DNA of 64,000 bases from Eledone cirrhosa (Eukaryota). How positions within the stretch are numbered: the stretch's first letter is position 1; the number at the start of each line of letters is the position of its first letter. The notes under the pieces were generated by a model. It searched no databases and was not told the origin of the DNA. It was given only the letters and a program-made list of their open reading frames with translations. This document shows positions 1 to 12,666 of this stretch, piece by piece. The DNA lies in the NCBI GenBank assembly GCA_964016885.1, contig OZ024760.1, positions 1,860,001 to 1,924,000 on the forward strand, written 5' to 3'. The translations under genes and the position numbers were made by a program.

Positions 1-2063
1 ACAGTGTGGGCTGGGTGCTTTTTTGCCGTGGCACCTCCACGACCACCTTGCGGTGGGGGGTGTGGGGGGATATTGTTTATATGCTTCAGCATGTACCGAT
101 GGAAGGTCGGGTACCCTGTATTACTGCGTGACGCCAGAAGTCACGGTCGTGTGTCATTGACTTTGAGAGGTGTAGTTGGGTAAGGTCGGCTTTTATCACC
201 TCATCCCAAGTCATCTTGGGTCTCCCCACTCCGCGGTTTCCATCAACTTCTAGTGCTCTGCACCTTTTTATGCAGCTGTCATCCTTCATACGCATCACAT
301 GTCCATACCAGCGTAACCGCCTCTCCTGCACGCAGCATTTGATTCCTCTTATGCTCAGTCTCTCTCTCAATTCCTTTATGCTTTGTCGTTCACGTATATT
401 ACTGTTACACATCCATCGGAGCATGCAGGCTTCGTTTCTCTCTAATCTACGTAAGTCTTCCACCTTCAGCGCCCAGGTCTCACTACCATGCAACATCGCT
501 GTTCGGATACACGCATCATACAGTCTGCCTTTCATTCTGAGGGAGAAGCCTTTTGCAGCTAGCAGTGGTAGTAGTTCCCTAAACTTCTTCCATCCCGTTC
601 TTACCCTAGTTATTGTACTTTCTGAGCACCCACCTCCGTTGCTAATTCGGTCACCTAGGTAGCAGAAGCTGTCTACTGTTTCTACAGGGCCCTCCCAGAG
701 ATTGGTGGTACTTGTTTCCTGTGGCTGTTTGCTTGCTGTTTCAGCACAGCTGCTGCATGTGAATCCTACATTCTTAATTAAGCTTCCTGAGATCCCGCTA
801 CATCTCTTGTGTACCCATTGTTTGCATTTGGGGCAGAGAATGGAGTTCCTACCTACACCTTTCCTACATACTGAGCAAGGCCATTTCCCTGAGGGGATCT
901 GGGTTCTGTTTTCTCGTCTACTTATAAGGACCTTAGTCTTTGTCATGTTGACTTTGAGGCCCTTTCTCTCTAGTCCCTGCTTCCAGGTTTGGAATTTATT
1001 CTCTAGTTCTACCATAGATTCAGCTATGAGTGCGAGGTCATCAGCATACAGGAGTTCCCATGGGCATCCGGTCTTAAACTCCTCCGTTATTGCCTGCAGG
1101 ACTATGATGAACAGGAGAGGGCTAAGAACAGAGCCCTGGTGGACCCCAACCTGTACGCTAAATTCCTCGCTATACTCATTGCCAATCCTAACTTTGCTGA
1201 CTGCTCCCCTATACATGGCTTGTACCGCTTTCACAAGCCATTCATCTACTCCTAGTTTTCTAAGAGCCCACCAGATTACTGCACATGGAACTCTGTCAAA
1301 GGCTTTCTCAAGGTCGACAAATGCCAAGTAGAGTGGCTTACTTTTAGCTAGGTACTTTTCCTGTAATTGCCTCACAAGGAAGAGGGCATCAGTGGTGCCT
1401 TTCCCTGGTACAAACCCAAATTGCATCTCGTCTATATTCACCCGGTCCCTAATCAGCTGTGCTATAACTCTTTCTGTTACTTTCATGACCTGGTCCATCA
1501 ACTTTATACCTCTATAGTTTCCTCTATCTAGTGCATCGCCTTTACCTTTGTAGCAGTTGACAATGATGCTACTGCACCAATCTTTTGGTATGGCCCCCTC
1601 TAGTATTACCTGGTTAACGATACGTGTGGTTATAGTGTGACCTACAGACCCAGATGCCTTCAGCATCTCGGCAGCTATACCCGATGGACCGGTTGCCTTC
1701 CCTATCTTCATATCTCTGATTGCCTTACTTACTACGCTGCCGCTGACTTGTACTGCTGGTCCCTCTATAGGGTCTACGTGGGGTAGGGTCTCTTCTTCCC
1801 ATGCATTCTCCTCATTTAGTAATCTATCATAATGACTCTTCCATGCATCTTTCTTCTCAGCACTTGTGAGGGCAAGCTCACCTTTATCATTCCGGATACA
1901 CTTCTCTCCAATGACATCACAACTATCTCTGACACACTGCCTCGCAATCTTGAATACCTCCTGTTTCTGGTCCTCACGTTGTAAAACATGCTTGAATTTT
2001 CTATCCTCTGCTTCCCTCCTAGCTAAGTATACTTGTCGCCTAGCTTCCCTCTTGGTCTCTATG
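1..2063 (-). mobile_element. RTE-clade non-LTR retrotransposon ('LINE A'), 5'-truncated; 3' UTR runs off the left edge
   Basis: RT ORF on the minus strand; 5' end abuts (TA)n at ~2064; bases 1-85 match the 3' UTR of the second copy at 43209-43915. Confidence 0.93.
86..2061 (-). CDS. RTE-type reverse transcriptase ORF (endonuclease part truncated) with internal PHD-like finger
   Basis: Track ORF 86..1711 has NYRGIKL, QFGF, FVDLEKAFD, GVHQGSVLSPLLF, YADD, FCYLG and the RTE C-terminus (LHGSETW, RRLRWYGHVMRM, GRPK). By hand the frame stays open upstream to ~2061 (IETKREARRQVYLARREAE...AWKSHYDRLLNEENAW...VSKAIRDMKIGKATG). Confidence 0.92.
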
Positions 2064-2093
2064 TAATATATATATGTATATATATATATATAT

Positions 2094-2255
2094 CATCATC
2101 ATCATCATCATCATCATCAGGTTTAGCGTCCGTGTTCCACGCTTGCATGGGTTTGGACGGGGGTTTTCCCACTTGAGGCAAGAGTGGTTGTCTTGCTCGC
2201 ATAGGACTGTCTGGCGGGTTTTCTACAGTTGGATGCCCTTCCTAACACCAACCAC
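2094..2255 (-). mobile_element. RTE-related 3' tail fragment with (GAT)n tail
   Basis: Reverse complement of 2820-2980; contains GGAAGGGCATCC and terminal CCATGCAAGCGTGG...GGACG then (TGA)n. Confidence 0.8.
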
Positions 2256-2265
2256 ATATATACTG

Positions 2266-2338
<73 letters not shown>

Positions 2339-2369
2339 TATATATATATATATATACACTATATATATA

Positions 2370-2594
2370 TAGATGAGATTCTACAGGACTAGAACTGTTT
2401 CATTCCTTAGAAATCATCAGGAATCTCATGATTCCTGATGATTTCTAAGGAATCTCATGATTCCTGATGATTTCTAAGGAATGAAACAGTTCTAGTCCTG
2501 TAGAATCTCATCTATATTAAAACTTTTATACTCTGCAATGTATTGAGTACCTTACTTACTGTGGTTACCTCCGATTCAACCCGGAATAACGTAA
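2370..2594 (+). mobile_element. Short Penelope-like/retrozyme-type insertion with inverted (fold-back) head and hammerhead motif
   Basis: 2370-2425 is the reverse complement of 2459-2514; flanked by (TA)n; same family at 21382-21420 and 49300-49490. Confidence 0.65.
2459..2507 (+). ncRNA. Type I hammerhead ribozyme motif
   Basis: Stem I GATTC/GAATC, core CTGATGA (2464-2470), stem II TTC-TAAG-GAA, GAAA (2483-2486), stem III ACAG/CTGT, cleavage triplet GTA (2500-2502). Confidence 0.75.
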
Positions 2595-2689
2595 TATATA
2601 TATATATATATACAGTATATATATATATATATAAATACACCCCGTCCCACCACCCCCACCCCATCCACACCACCCCCTTCTATGTAAAG

Positions 2690-2981
2690 TTATGTTGGTG
2701 CCACGCCATCCAGGCCGAAACAAATGAGATCGTGTAGGTGTCACGACAAAAAAACACACAGTCCACGCTGTAATGTGGCCGTGTAGGCAACACGGTAAAA
2801 ACCTCCCAGACCCACACTGTAAATGTGGTTGGTGTTAGGAAGGGCATCCAACTGTAGAAAACCTGCCAGACAGTCCTATGCGAGCAAGACAACCACTCTT
2901 GCCTCAAGTGGGACTACCCCCGTCCAAACCCATGCAAGCGTGGAACACGGACGTTAAACATTGATGATGATGATGATGATG
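2690..2981 (+). mobile_element. RTE-related 3' UTR/SINE tail fragment
   Basis: Two degenerate ~48-bp units, then TGGTGTTAGGAAGGGCATCC, terminal hairpin and (GAT)n. Confidence 0.8.
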
Positions 2982-2994
2982 ATATATATATACA

Positions 2995-3042
<48 letters not shown>

Positions 3043-3129
3043 TATATATATATATATACTGTATATATATATATATACTGTATAAATATATATATATATA
3101 TATACATACACACATACACATATATACAT

Positions 3130-3160
<31 letters not shown>

Positions 3161-3682
3161 CAAACATACTTATATGAATACATTTATATATGAGGATTGG
3201 CTGCAAAGTTCATAGGCTGATGCCACCATGGCATTCGGTTTGGGAACCATTGGTATATAAGGTCAAACAAGCTCACATAAGTGTATATGCATATATACAC
3301 ACACACACACCCCATACACACACACACACACACACACACAGTGTTGTACATCTTTTCACACAAACACACTCACCTAACCTGTCAGCCCCTGTCCCTATGA
3401 TAGTCAACTCACACATACACACACTCTCATACATAAACAATACACAGACACTAGCTTATTAACCACAGTCATGGTCAGATGCACACAACACCCTTCAGAC
3501 CCTCACTGCTTTCTACAAACAAACACATTTATTCCTACCTCCTTATTGCTTATCTCCCCTTCTCTAACTCTCTAATACATAAAACACTTTCAGAAATTGA
3601 ACTTTCCACTATGTCTGTTTGCCTAAGAAACTGAAATTACTTTTTATTTTGTATATAAATAACATTACAAATAAGAAAAAAA

Positions 3683-4797
3683 GCAGGTAATATACACATC
3701 TAGGACCACAAACAACAAAATGCAGGTAATACACACATCTAGGACCACATACAACACCCAAGCAGGTAAAACATACATCTAGGACCACAAACAACAAAAT
3801 GCAGGTAATACCCACATCTAGGACCACATACAACACCCAAGCAAGTAATACACACATCTAGGACCACAAACAACAAAATGCAGGTAATACCCACATCTAG
3901 GACCACATACAACACCCAAGCAGGTAATACACACATCTAGGACCACAAACAACACCCAAGCAGGTAATACATACATCTAGGACCACAAACAACAAAATGC
4001 AGGTAATACACACATCTAGGACCACATTCAACACCCAAGCAGGTAATACACACATCTAGGACCACATACAACACCCAAGCAAGTAATACACACATCTAGG
4101 ACCACAAACAACAAAATGCAGGTAATACCCACATCTAGGACCACATACAACACCCAAGCAGGTAATACACACATCTAGGACCACAAACAACACCCAAGCA
4201 GGTAATACATACATCTAGGACCACAAACAACAAAATGCAGGTAATACACACATCTAGGACCACATTCAACACCCAAGCAGGTAATACACACATCTAGGAC
4301 CACAAACAACACCCAAGCAGGTAATACATACATCTAGGACCACAAACAACAAAATGCAGGTAATACACACATCTAGGACCACATACAACACCCAAGCAGG
4401 TAATACACACATCTAGGACCACATACAACACCCAAGCAGGTAATACACACATCTAGGACCACATACAACACCCAAGCAGGTAATACACACATCTAGGACC
4501 ACAAACAACACCCAAGCAGGTAATACACACATCTAGGACCACAAACAACACCCAAGCAGGTAATACATACATCTAGGACCACAAACAACAAAATGCAGGT
4601 AATACACACATCTAGGACCACAAACAACACCCAAGCAGGTAATACACACATCTAGGACCACATACAACACCCAAGCAGGTAATACACACATCTAGGACCA
4701 CATACAACACCCAAGCAGGTAATACACACATCTAGGACCACAAACAACACCCAAGCAGGTAATACACACATCTAGGACCACAAACAGCAAAAGGCAG
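3683..4797. repeat. Minisatellite, 39-40 bp unit, about 28 copies
   Basis: Unit CAGGTAATACACACATCTAGGACCACATACAACACCCAAG, interspersed with a 39-bp variant ending ACAAACAACAAAATG. Confidence 0.97.
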
Positions 4798-4799
4798 GT

Positions 4800-5050
4800 G
4801 AAAGGAGTGGACAAACGAATCGCTACCAGAGTAAAAGATAACGATATCGCGAGGAGCACTGGGAAACCTCTCCAATAATTTTTGAGGCAAGCCAGCATGC
4901 TCACAACGTTACCTCGGAGGATGGCAAGGCTGATGTGCTGGAACAACCAAGCACCCTCATCAGCATCACCGCTTACCTCTGTTAGGCGAGCTGCTAGTAA
5001 AGATAAAAACCTTGCAGACAGTAGCCCGACTCCCCCAAATGTCTGGAAAA
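4800..5050 (-). pseudogene. C-terminal fragment of a CRE-like (restriction-like endonuclease) non-LTR retrotransposon
   Basis: Translates FQTFGGVGLLSARFLSLLAARLTEVSGDADEGAWLFQHISLAILRGNVVSML, matching the ETLG...LFQRISIAIQRGNA C-terminus typical of CRE-clade elements. Confidence 0.7.
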
Positions 5051-5054
5051 TATA

Positions 5055-5209
5055 CCGTATTTCCCGGCATCTTTTCTCCTAAAGTAAGTCTCAACAATCT
5101 ACCATGGGTCCTGGAGGCTAAAGGTTATTTATTATTTTTTTTCAAGTTTTTGCTTGTCAAAATTAGGGTGCGTCCTCAAGGACGAAAACTTCGGCGCCGG
5201 GAAATATAG
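5055..5209. mobile_element. MITE, Tc1/mariner-pogo-like
   Basis: TIRs CCGTATTTCCCGGC / GCCGGGAAATATAG (CpG-decayed), TA on both sides. Confidence 0.7.
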
Positions 5210-5548
5210 TAGTTAGCAATCTAAACATTTTTTCCATATTTTTTTTATCAATTCTTATTCTTGTCTATCTTCATTCTTCCATTTCTCTCCTAAACATCCT
5301 CTCTTCTCTTCTCTCTCTTGTTCTATCTTCTGATGAAGGACTAACGCCCGAAACAAAATTCTATAACTCTTTTTCTAATACATCAACAGTTAAACTAACA
5401 TGCACCATCATTATAGAGTACTGTTCTCTCATGTTTTTCCCTTTGTTGACTTTTCATTTCTATTTGTTTGTCTCTACCTCCCTCCTCTCTTTCTCTCACT
5501 CTCCCACTTTGCCTATCTCTTTCTCTCCCTTTCACTGCCCCCCCCCCC

Positions 5549-5609
<61 letters not shown>

Positions 5610-5696
5610 ATTATAGAGAGATCTGCAATAACCACTACAGCAAAAGAGGCTAAGATGAAAATGGCGGCCTGTGATGTGTGTGTGTATGTGTGCGAG

Positions 5697-5749
<53 letters not shown>

Positions 5750-6033
5750 GTGCGTGTGTGTGCATCTATCTATCTCTCTATACATAATATATATATAAGA
5801 ATAGAAAATAGACATTAAATGATGATGATGATATATAAACTATAGTTTATATACATCACTTTTAAAGCATGTATGTATATATATATATGTATATTATTTT
5901 TTTAGTAGATGAGGGGTGGGGAGAGGAGTTTGGATTGGTCCAAGTTTTTTCTTCTTATTTTTCCTTCCCCTGTTTTAGGTGAAAATTATCTAGTTTGGCT
6001 TTTGCCCAGTGTGGAATGTGTTTGATGTTGAGT

Positions 6034-6403
6034 AGTGGTGGTGGTGGTGGTGGAGGGGGGCGGTGGCGGTGGTGGCGGTGGTGGTGGTGGAGGTGGTGGT
6101 GGTGGTGGTGGTGGTGGTGGTGGTTGTGGTGGTGGTGGTGACGGTGGTAGTGGTGGTGGTGGTGGTTGTGGTGGTGGTGGTGGTGGTGGTGGTGGTGGTG
6201 GTGGTGGTGGCGGTGGTGGTGGTGTTGGTGGTGTTGGTGGTGACGGTGGTGGTGGTGGTCGTGGTGGTGACGGTGGTGGTGGTGGCGGTGGTGGTGGTGG
6301 TGACGGTGGTGGTGGTGGTGGTGGTGGTGGTGTTGGTGGTGTTGGTGGTGACGGTGGTGGTGGTGGTTGTGGTGATGGCGGCGGTGGCAATGGTGGTGGT
6401 GTT
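6034..6403. repeat. (GGT)n trinucleotide tract
   Basis: Direct reading; similar tracts at 47145-47655, 51320-51517, 51975-52572, 52798-53178 and 61605-62325. Confidence 0.97.
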
Positions 6404-6635
6404 GGCCCCTTCCCCCACCCACCCATTCACCAATGCCCCTCACCTCCCGACCCCAATTCAGTTGGGGAGCAATATGTTTCCCCTGATAAAAATTCAAAAA
6501 AAAAATTTATAATAATAATGATAATAATAATAAAAAAGGGGACAAGCAAACTTAAATTAAACAACAACAACAACAGCAGCAAAACAAGATCAATATAAGG
6601 TGTGATGATAGTGGTGGTGGTGGGGTGTTTAAATG

Positions 6636-6662
6636 TTATATATATATATATATATTGTGTGC

Positions 6663-6718
<56 letters not shown>

Positions 6719-6944
6719 ATATATGTATATAAGTGTATATATGTATGTATATATGCATATGTATATACACATATATACATATATATACATACATATATAT
6801 ATATATTGTGTGCATATATATCTATATATATGTATATAACTGTATATATATATATGAATATATGCATATATATATATATATATGTATGTATATATATATG
6901 CATATATGCATATATATATATATATGTATATATATATGTATATA

Positions 6945-6989
<45 letters not shown>

Positions 6990-7058
6990 GCATATATATA
7001 CGTATATGTATATGTATATATGAACATATATATGTGTATGTATATATACACACACACA

Positions 7059-7090
<32 letters not shown>

Positions 7091-7163
7091 ATATATATAT
7101 ATATATATTTGTGTGTATATATATATATATATGTGTGTGTATATATATATATACATGTGTGTG

Positions 7164-7194
<31 letters not shown>

Positions 7195-7556
7195 CTATAT
7201 ATATATGTGTGTGTATATATACATGTGTGTGTGTGTATATATATATATATGTGTGTGTGTGTGGGTATATATACATGTGTGTGTGGGTATATATATGTTT
7301 TAGCTTAATTTCTACTTTAAATTGAGATATCTTCTTTCTGGAATGCATGGAGCAAACACGTCAAATCAAAATACAAGTTAAATAGACATTTTAAAATGTT
7401 ATAAACTCTAGATTATACATACATATGTACAGACATACATATATATATATGCATACATATATACATACATATAGACATACATATACATATACATATATTT
7501 ACATATATTCATAGATACAAATACATACAAACATACATATATATACATACATACAT

Positions 7557-7621
<65 letters not shown>

Positions 7622-7940
7622 AATATATACATATAATACACATATATACATACATATACATATATACATACATAAACATACAATAATACATATATATACA
7701 TATATTCATATATATATACATATATACATGCATACATATGTATATATATATATATATATACACATATACATATATATATATATACACATACATACATACA
7801 AACATACATATATACATAAATCCATACACAATATACATAGATACATACATAATATACATACACACATAATATACATATTTATACACAAACTTATATAATA
7901 TACATGCAAAAAAAAAAAAAAATATATATATATACATACA
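6636..7940. repeat. Compound (TA)n/(TG)n/(CATA)n microsatellite field
   Basis: Direct reading; equivalent fields occur throughout (e.g. 8780-9945, 10105-11620, 14110-14695, 18100-18790, 23210-24550, 28060-29170, 31095-32710, 55920-57065, 60980-63970). Confidence 0.97.
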
Positions 7941-8068
7941 TGCTTCAAAAGTGATGTATATAAACTATAGTTTATATATCATCATCATCATTTACTGTCT
8001 ATTTTTTATGCTTATATATATTATGTATAGAGAGATAGATAGATAGATAGGAGCATACATACAAACGC

Positions 8069-8126
<58 letters not shown>

Positions 8127-8128
8127 AT

Positions 8129-8530
8129 GGAGCCACATGGCTTAGTGGTTAGAGCATTGGCCTTGCAATCGAAAGGTTGTGAGTTCAATTCTCAGACTGG
8201 GTGATGTGTTGTTTCCTTGAGCAAGACACTTTATTTCACATTGCTCCAGTTTACTCAGCTGTAGAAATGAGATGATAGGGACTGGGGTCCCTATCATTCC
8301 ACTGCAAAGTGGTTGTGGAGGTGCCACGGCAAAAAAGCACCCAGCACTCACTGTAAATGAGGTTGGTGTTAGGAAGGGCATCCAGCTGTAGAAATCAAGC
8401 CAGAATCAGTTCTCGTATGAGCAACACAAGGTCAGCCGACCGGACACTGCTCACCACAGGACAACCCGTCTAACCCATGCTAGTGTGGAAGAACGGACGT
8501 AAAACGGTGATGATGATGATGATGATGATG
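8129..8530 (+). mobile_element. Full-length tRNA-derived SINE (family 1) with LINE A-type 3' tail
   Basis: A box TGGCTTAGTGG, B box GAGTTCAATTC, central CCTTGAGCAAGACACTTT...TTGCTCCAG domain (CORE/Meta-like), about 220 bp shared with the LINE A 3' UTR, (GAT)n tail. Confidence 0.9.
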
Positions 8531-8543
8531 CGTGTGTATGTGT

Positions 8544-8591
<48 letters not shown>

Positions 8592-8593
8592 AT

Positions 8594-8773
8594 TGCAGTA
8601 TCGGTAGAGGGTCGGACGCCATGCTTTGACGCCTAGAGTTACGGCCCTTGCCATTCTGAGTTCAAATCCCGCCGAGGTTAACTTTGCCTTTCATCCTTAT
8701 GCAGTAGATAAAATAAAAGTATCAGTAATACACTGGGTATTTGCTGGCCTTGTGCCAAAAGTAGAAACAATTA
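8594..8773 (+). mobile_element. SINE family 2 (Nin/Deu-like central domain)
   Basis: B box GAGTTCAAATC, central GCCTTTCATCCTT...GATAAAATAAAGTA(C)CAG, tail GGCCTTGTGCCAAAAGTAGAAACAATT. Confidence 0.85.
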
Positions 8774-8814
8774 TATATATGTAGAAAGTGAGAGAGAAAG
8801 AGATGGACATAGAC

Positions 8815-8919
<105 letters not shown>

Positions 8920-10098
8920 AAGAGACAGAGATAGGAAGATGGACATACACATACGTGTATATATATAGGGGGTGATAGAAATGGACACACACATACACAC
9001 ACATACATACATACACACACACACATACATACATACACACACACACATACATACATACATACACACACGTACATACAAGCATACATACACACACACACAC
9101 ATACATACATACACACACATACATAAATACATACACATACATACATAGATACATACACACACACACATACATCCATACACACACACATACATACATACAC
9201 ACATACATACACACACACACACACATACATACACACACACGTACATACATACATACACACACATACATACATACACACATACATACATACATACACACAC
9301 ATACATACATACATACACATACATACACACACACACATACATACATACACACACACATACATACATACACACACACATACATACACACACACGTACATAC
9401 ATACATACACACACACACATACATACATACACACATACATACATACACACACATACATACATACACACACATACATACATACACACACATACATACATAC
9501 ACACACATACATACATACACACACTTACATACATACACACACATACATACATACACACACATACATACATACATATACATACATACATACATACATATAC
9601 ACACACATACATACATACACACACACATACATACATACATACACACACACATACATACATACACACATACATACATACATACACACACATACATACACAC
9701 ACACATACATACATACATACACATACATACACACACACATACATACATACACACACACATACACACACACACACACACATACATACATACATATACACAC
9801 ACACATACATACATACACACACACATAGACACATACATACATACACACACACATAGATACATACATACACACACATACATACATACATACACACACATAC
9901 ATACATACATACATACATACATACACACACACACATACATACATCACTTTCGAGCTGGAAACAAACTTGGATTAAAATAAAATAAATAAATAAATTCTAT
10001 AAAGCTGTTTTTTTTTAAATATAAAAATAAAAATACGAAAAAAATAGCAAAATTTGCAGCAGCAACATCAAGAAAGAATATTGGTTTTGTTAAACTAA

Positions 10099-10149
<51 letters not shown>

Positions 10150-10351
10150 TATATATTGTATGTATATATCTATATATATATATATCGTATGTATATATCT
10201 ATATAGTATATATATATATATATATATATATATCATATATATATAGTATAAAATATATATATCATATATATATAGTATAAAATAAATATATTATATATAT
10301 ATATACCATATATATATATATATATATATAGTATAACATATATATACTATA

Positions 10352-10424
<73 letters not shown>

Positions 10425-10587
10425 AGCATTATAATTACATTCATGTTTGTGCTTGTATGCACACACATATACATGTGTGTGTATATATGTATATGTATGC
10501 ATCCAGCCCTTGCTAGCATGTATGTATATATATATAGAAAGAGAGAGATTTATATATATATATATAGATTGATGGGTACACACACAC

Positions 10588-10643
<56 letters not shown>

Positions 10644-10838
10644 TATCCAATCTCTAAGAGCCAGACTAAAAAGATTGTTTACCAAAGTAAAGAACTTTAA
10701 TTTTTCCATTCTTTTTCCATTCTAATATCATTCAAATATAAGAGTAATTTGCAGCATATACATACATGTATATATATACACACACACATATATATATATG
10801 TATATAATATATATATATGTATATAATATAAATATATA

Positions 10839-10883
<45 letters not shown>

Positions 10884-11054
10884 AATATATATATATAATA
10901 TAAATATATATATATATATATATGTATATAATATGTATATAATATATATATATATGTATATAATATAAATGAAAGGTATAGAAATTGTTTTAGCGAGAAG
11001 CTAACAGTATTCTATAATATATATATGTATATATGTATATAATATATATATATA

Positions 11055-11143
<89 letters not shown>

Positions 11144-11344
11144 ATATATATATATATATATATAAATATCTATATATATACATACATGATTACATATGTA
11201 TTTATACAAGCACTCACATTACACACATACAGATATACACATATACATGCATTTCAGAAGCAAACACATAAACATACATTCTACATACATCATCTATATC
11301 TGCATGAGTGTATATATATATATACATGTGTGTATATATATATA

Positions 11345-11432
<88 letters not shown>

Positions 11433-11461
11433 CATATACATACATATGTTTATATATATAC

Positions 11462-11519
<58 letters not shown>

Positions 11520-11809
11520 ACATATATAGATATATAAATATATATAAATATATATAAATATATATATAAATAATACATGTGTGTATATATATATATACAC
11601 ACACATGTGTATATATAACACAAAAAATATATAAAATATAATAACAATAAATAAACTAAATCTTGTATTAATGTCAACATTGCTTGGTTGTTATACAACA
11701 AAATGTCAAATGAGCCAAAGGGAAGGGATCTCAATCTGGTCGATCAGAGATGCTAGAAATAGCAACCAGATGTTTCTACAACAAACCCCACATCTACCCT
11801 TTCGTTATC

Positions 11810-12482
11810 ATATTTCTAATGAAAGACACTGTGTACAATTTTCAAATTTTGAAAATAATCAAGAATTTAGAGGGATTTAGTAATATAACTTTCTTGCTCA
11901 TTATTAAGTTGATGTTTGGAAAATATCTTAACAAAGGTTCTTACATAAAATTGTTAATGAAAGACACTGCAGATAATTAAAAAAATTTTAAATAATCAGG
12001 AATTTAGAGGGATTTAGTAATATAACTTTCTTGCTATTAAGGTAGTGTTTGGAACATAACTTAACAAATCTTCTCACATAAACTAGTGATAGAAACAGGG
12101 TTTTTTGATGAATATAAACATTTTAATACTTTCATTACCATATTTCTAATGAAAGACACTGCATACAATTTTCAAATTTTGAAAATAATCAAGAATTTAG
12201 AGGAATTTAATATAACTTTCTTTCTCATTATTAAATTGACGTTTGGAACATAACTTAACAAAGGTTCTCACATAAAATTGTGTTGGAGAGGTTTTTAGAT
12301 ACATATAAACACTTAAATACTTTTGTTGCCATATTTCTAATGAAAGCCACAGCATATCATTTTTAAATTTTTAAATAATTAAGAATTTAAAGGGATTTAG
12401 TAATATAACTTTCTCGTTATTCAGGTTGTGTTTGAAACATAACAAAGATCTTTATATAAAATTATGATGTAAAGTTTTTAGA
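11810..12482. repeat. Four degenerate tandem units (~135-195 bp), probably internal repeats of a non-autonomous DNA transposon
   Basis: Recurring TAATGAAAGACACTG...GAATTTAGAGGGATTTAGTAATATAACTTTC...CTTAACAAAGGTTC; the GGAACATAACTTAACAAAGGTTC module recurs at 26117 and 26263. Confidence 0.75.
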
Positions 12483-12486
12483 TAAA

Positions 12487-12632
12487 TGGTATGGTATGGT
12501 TTGGTATGGACGCATAACTCCCAGGGAGTTGTAGAGGTGCCACATTGACATACAGTGTTTCTAAGGCATTTTTTAAACCCAGCGGAGCCCAGCTCCTCTC
12601 CAGGCCTGAATACAGCAGATTTATTCCAGAGA

Positions 12633-12666
<34 letters not shown>

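Noticed and set aside
216-1331. Plus-strand ORFs antisense to the RT (also 29197-30231 minus)
   Set aside because: Shadow ORFs of the LINE coding strand with no recognisable domains.
5655-5672. YY1-like AAAATGGCGGCC as a promoter or start
   Set aside because: Single motif between microsatellites with no supporting exon or promoter context.
5955-6598. Poly-His/Pro/Thr/Gly/Val ORFs (also 51932-53313 and 61541-62527)
   Set aside because: Translations of (GGT)n/(ACC)n microsatellites that are open in most frames.
8129-8200. tRNA genes at SINE heads
   Set aside because: Only A/B boxes are retained; no complete cloverleaf is evident and each continues into a SINE body.
8142-8381. Recurrent 79-aa ORF MPFLTPTSFTVSAGCF...
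   Set aside because: Antisense reading of SINE family 1; recurrence reflects repeat copies.
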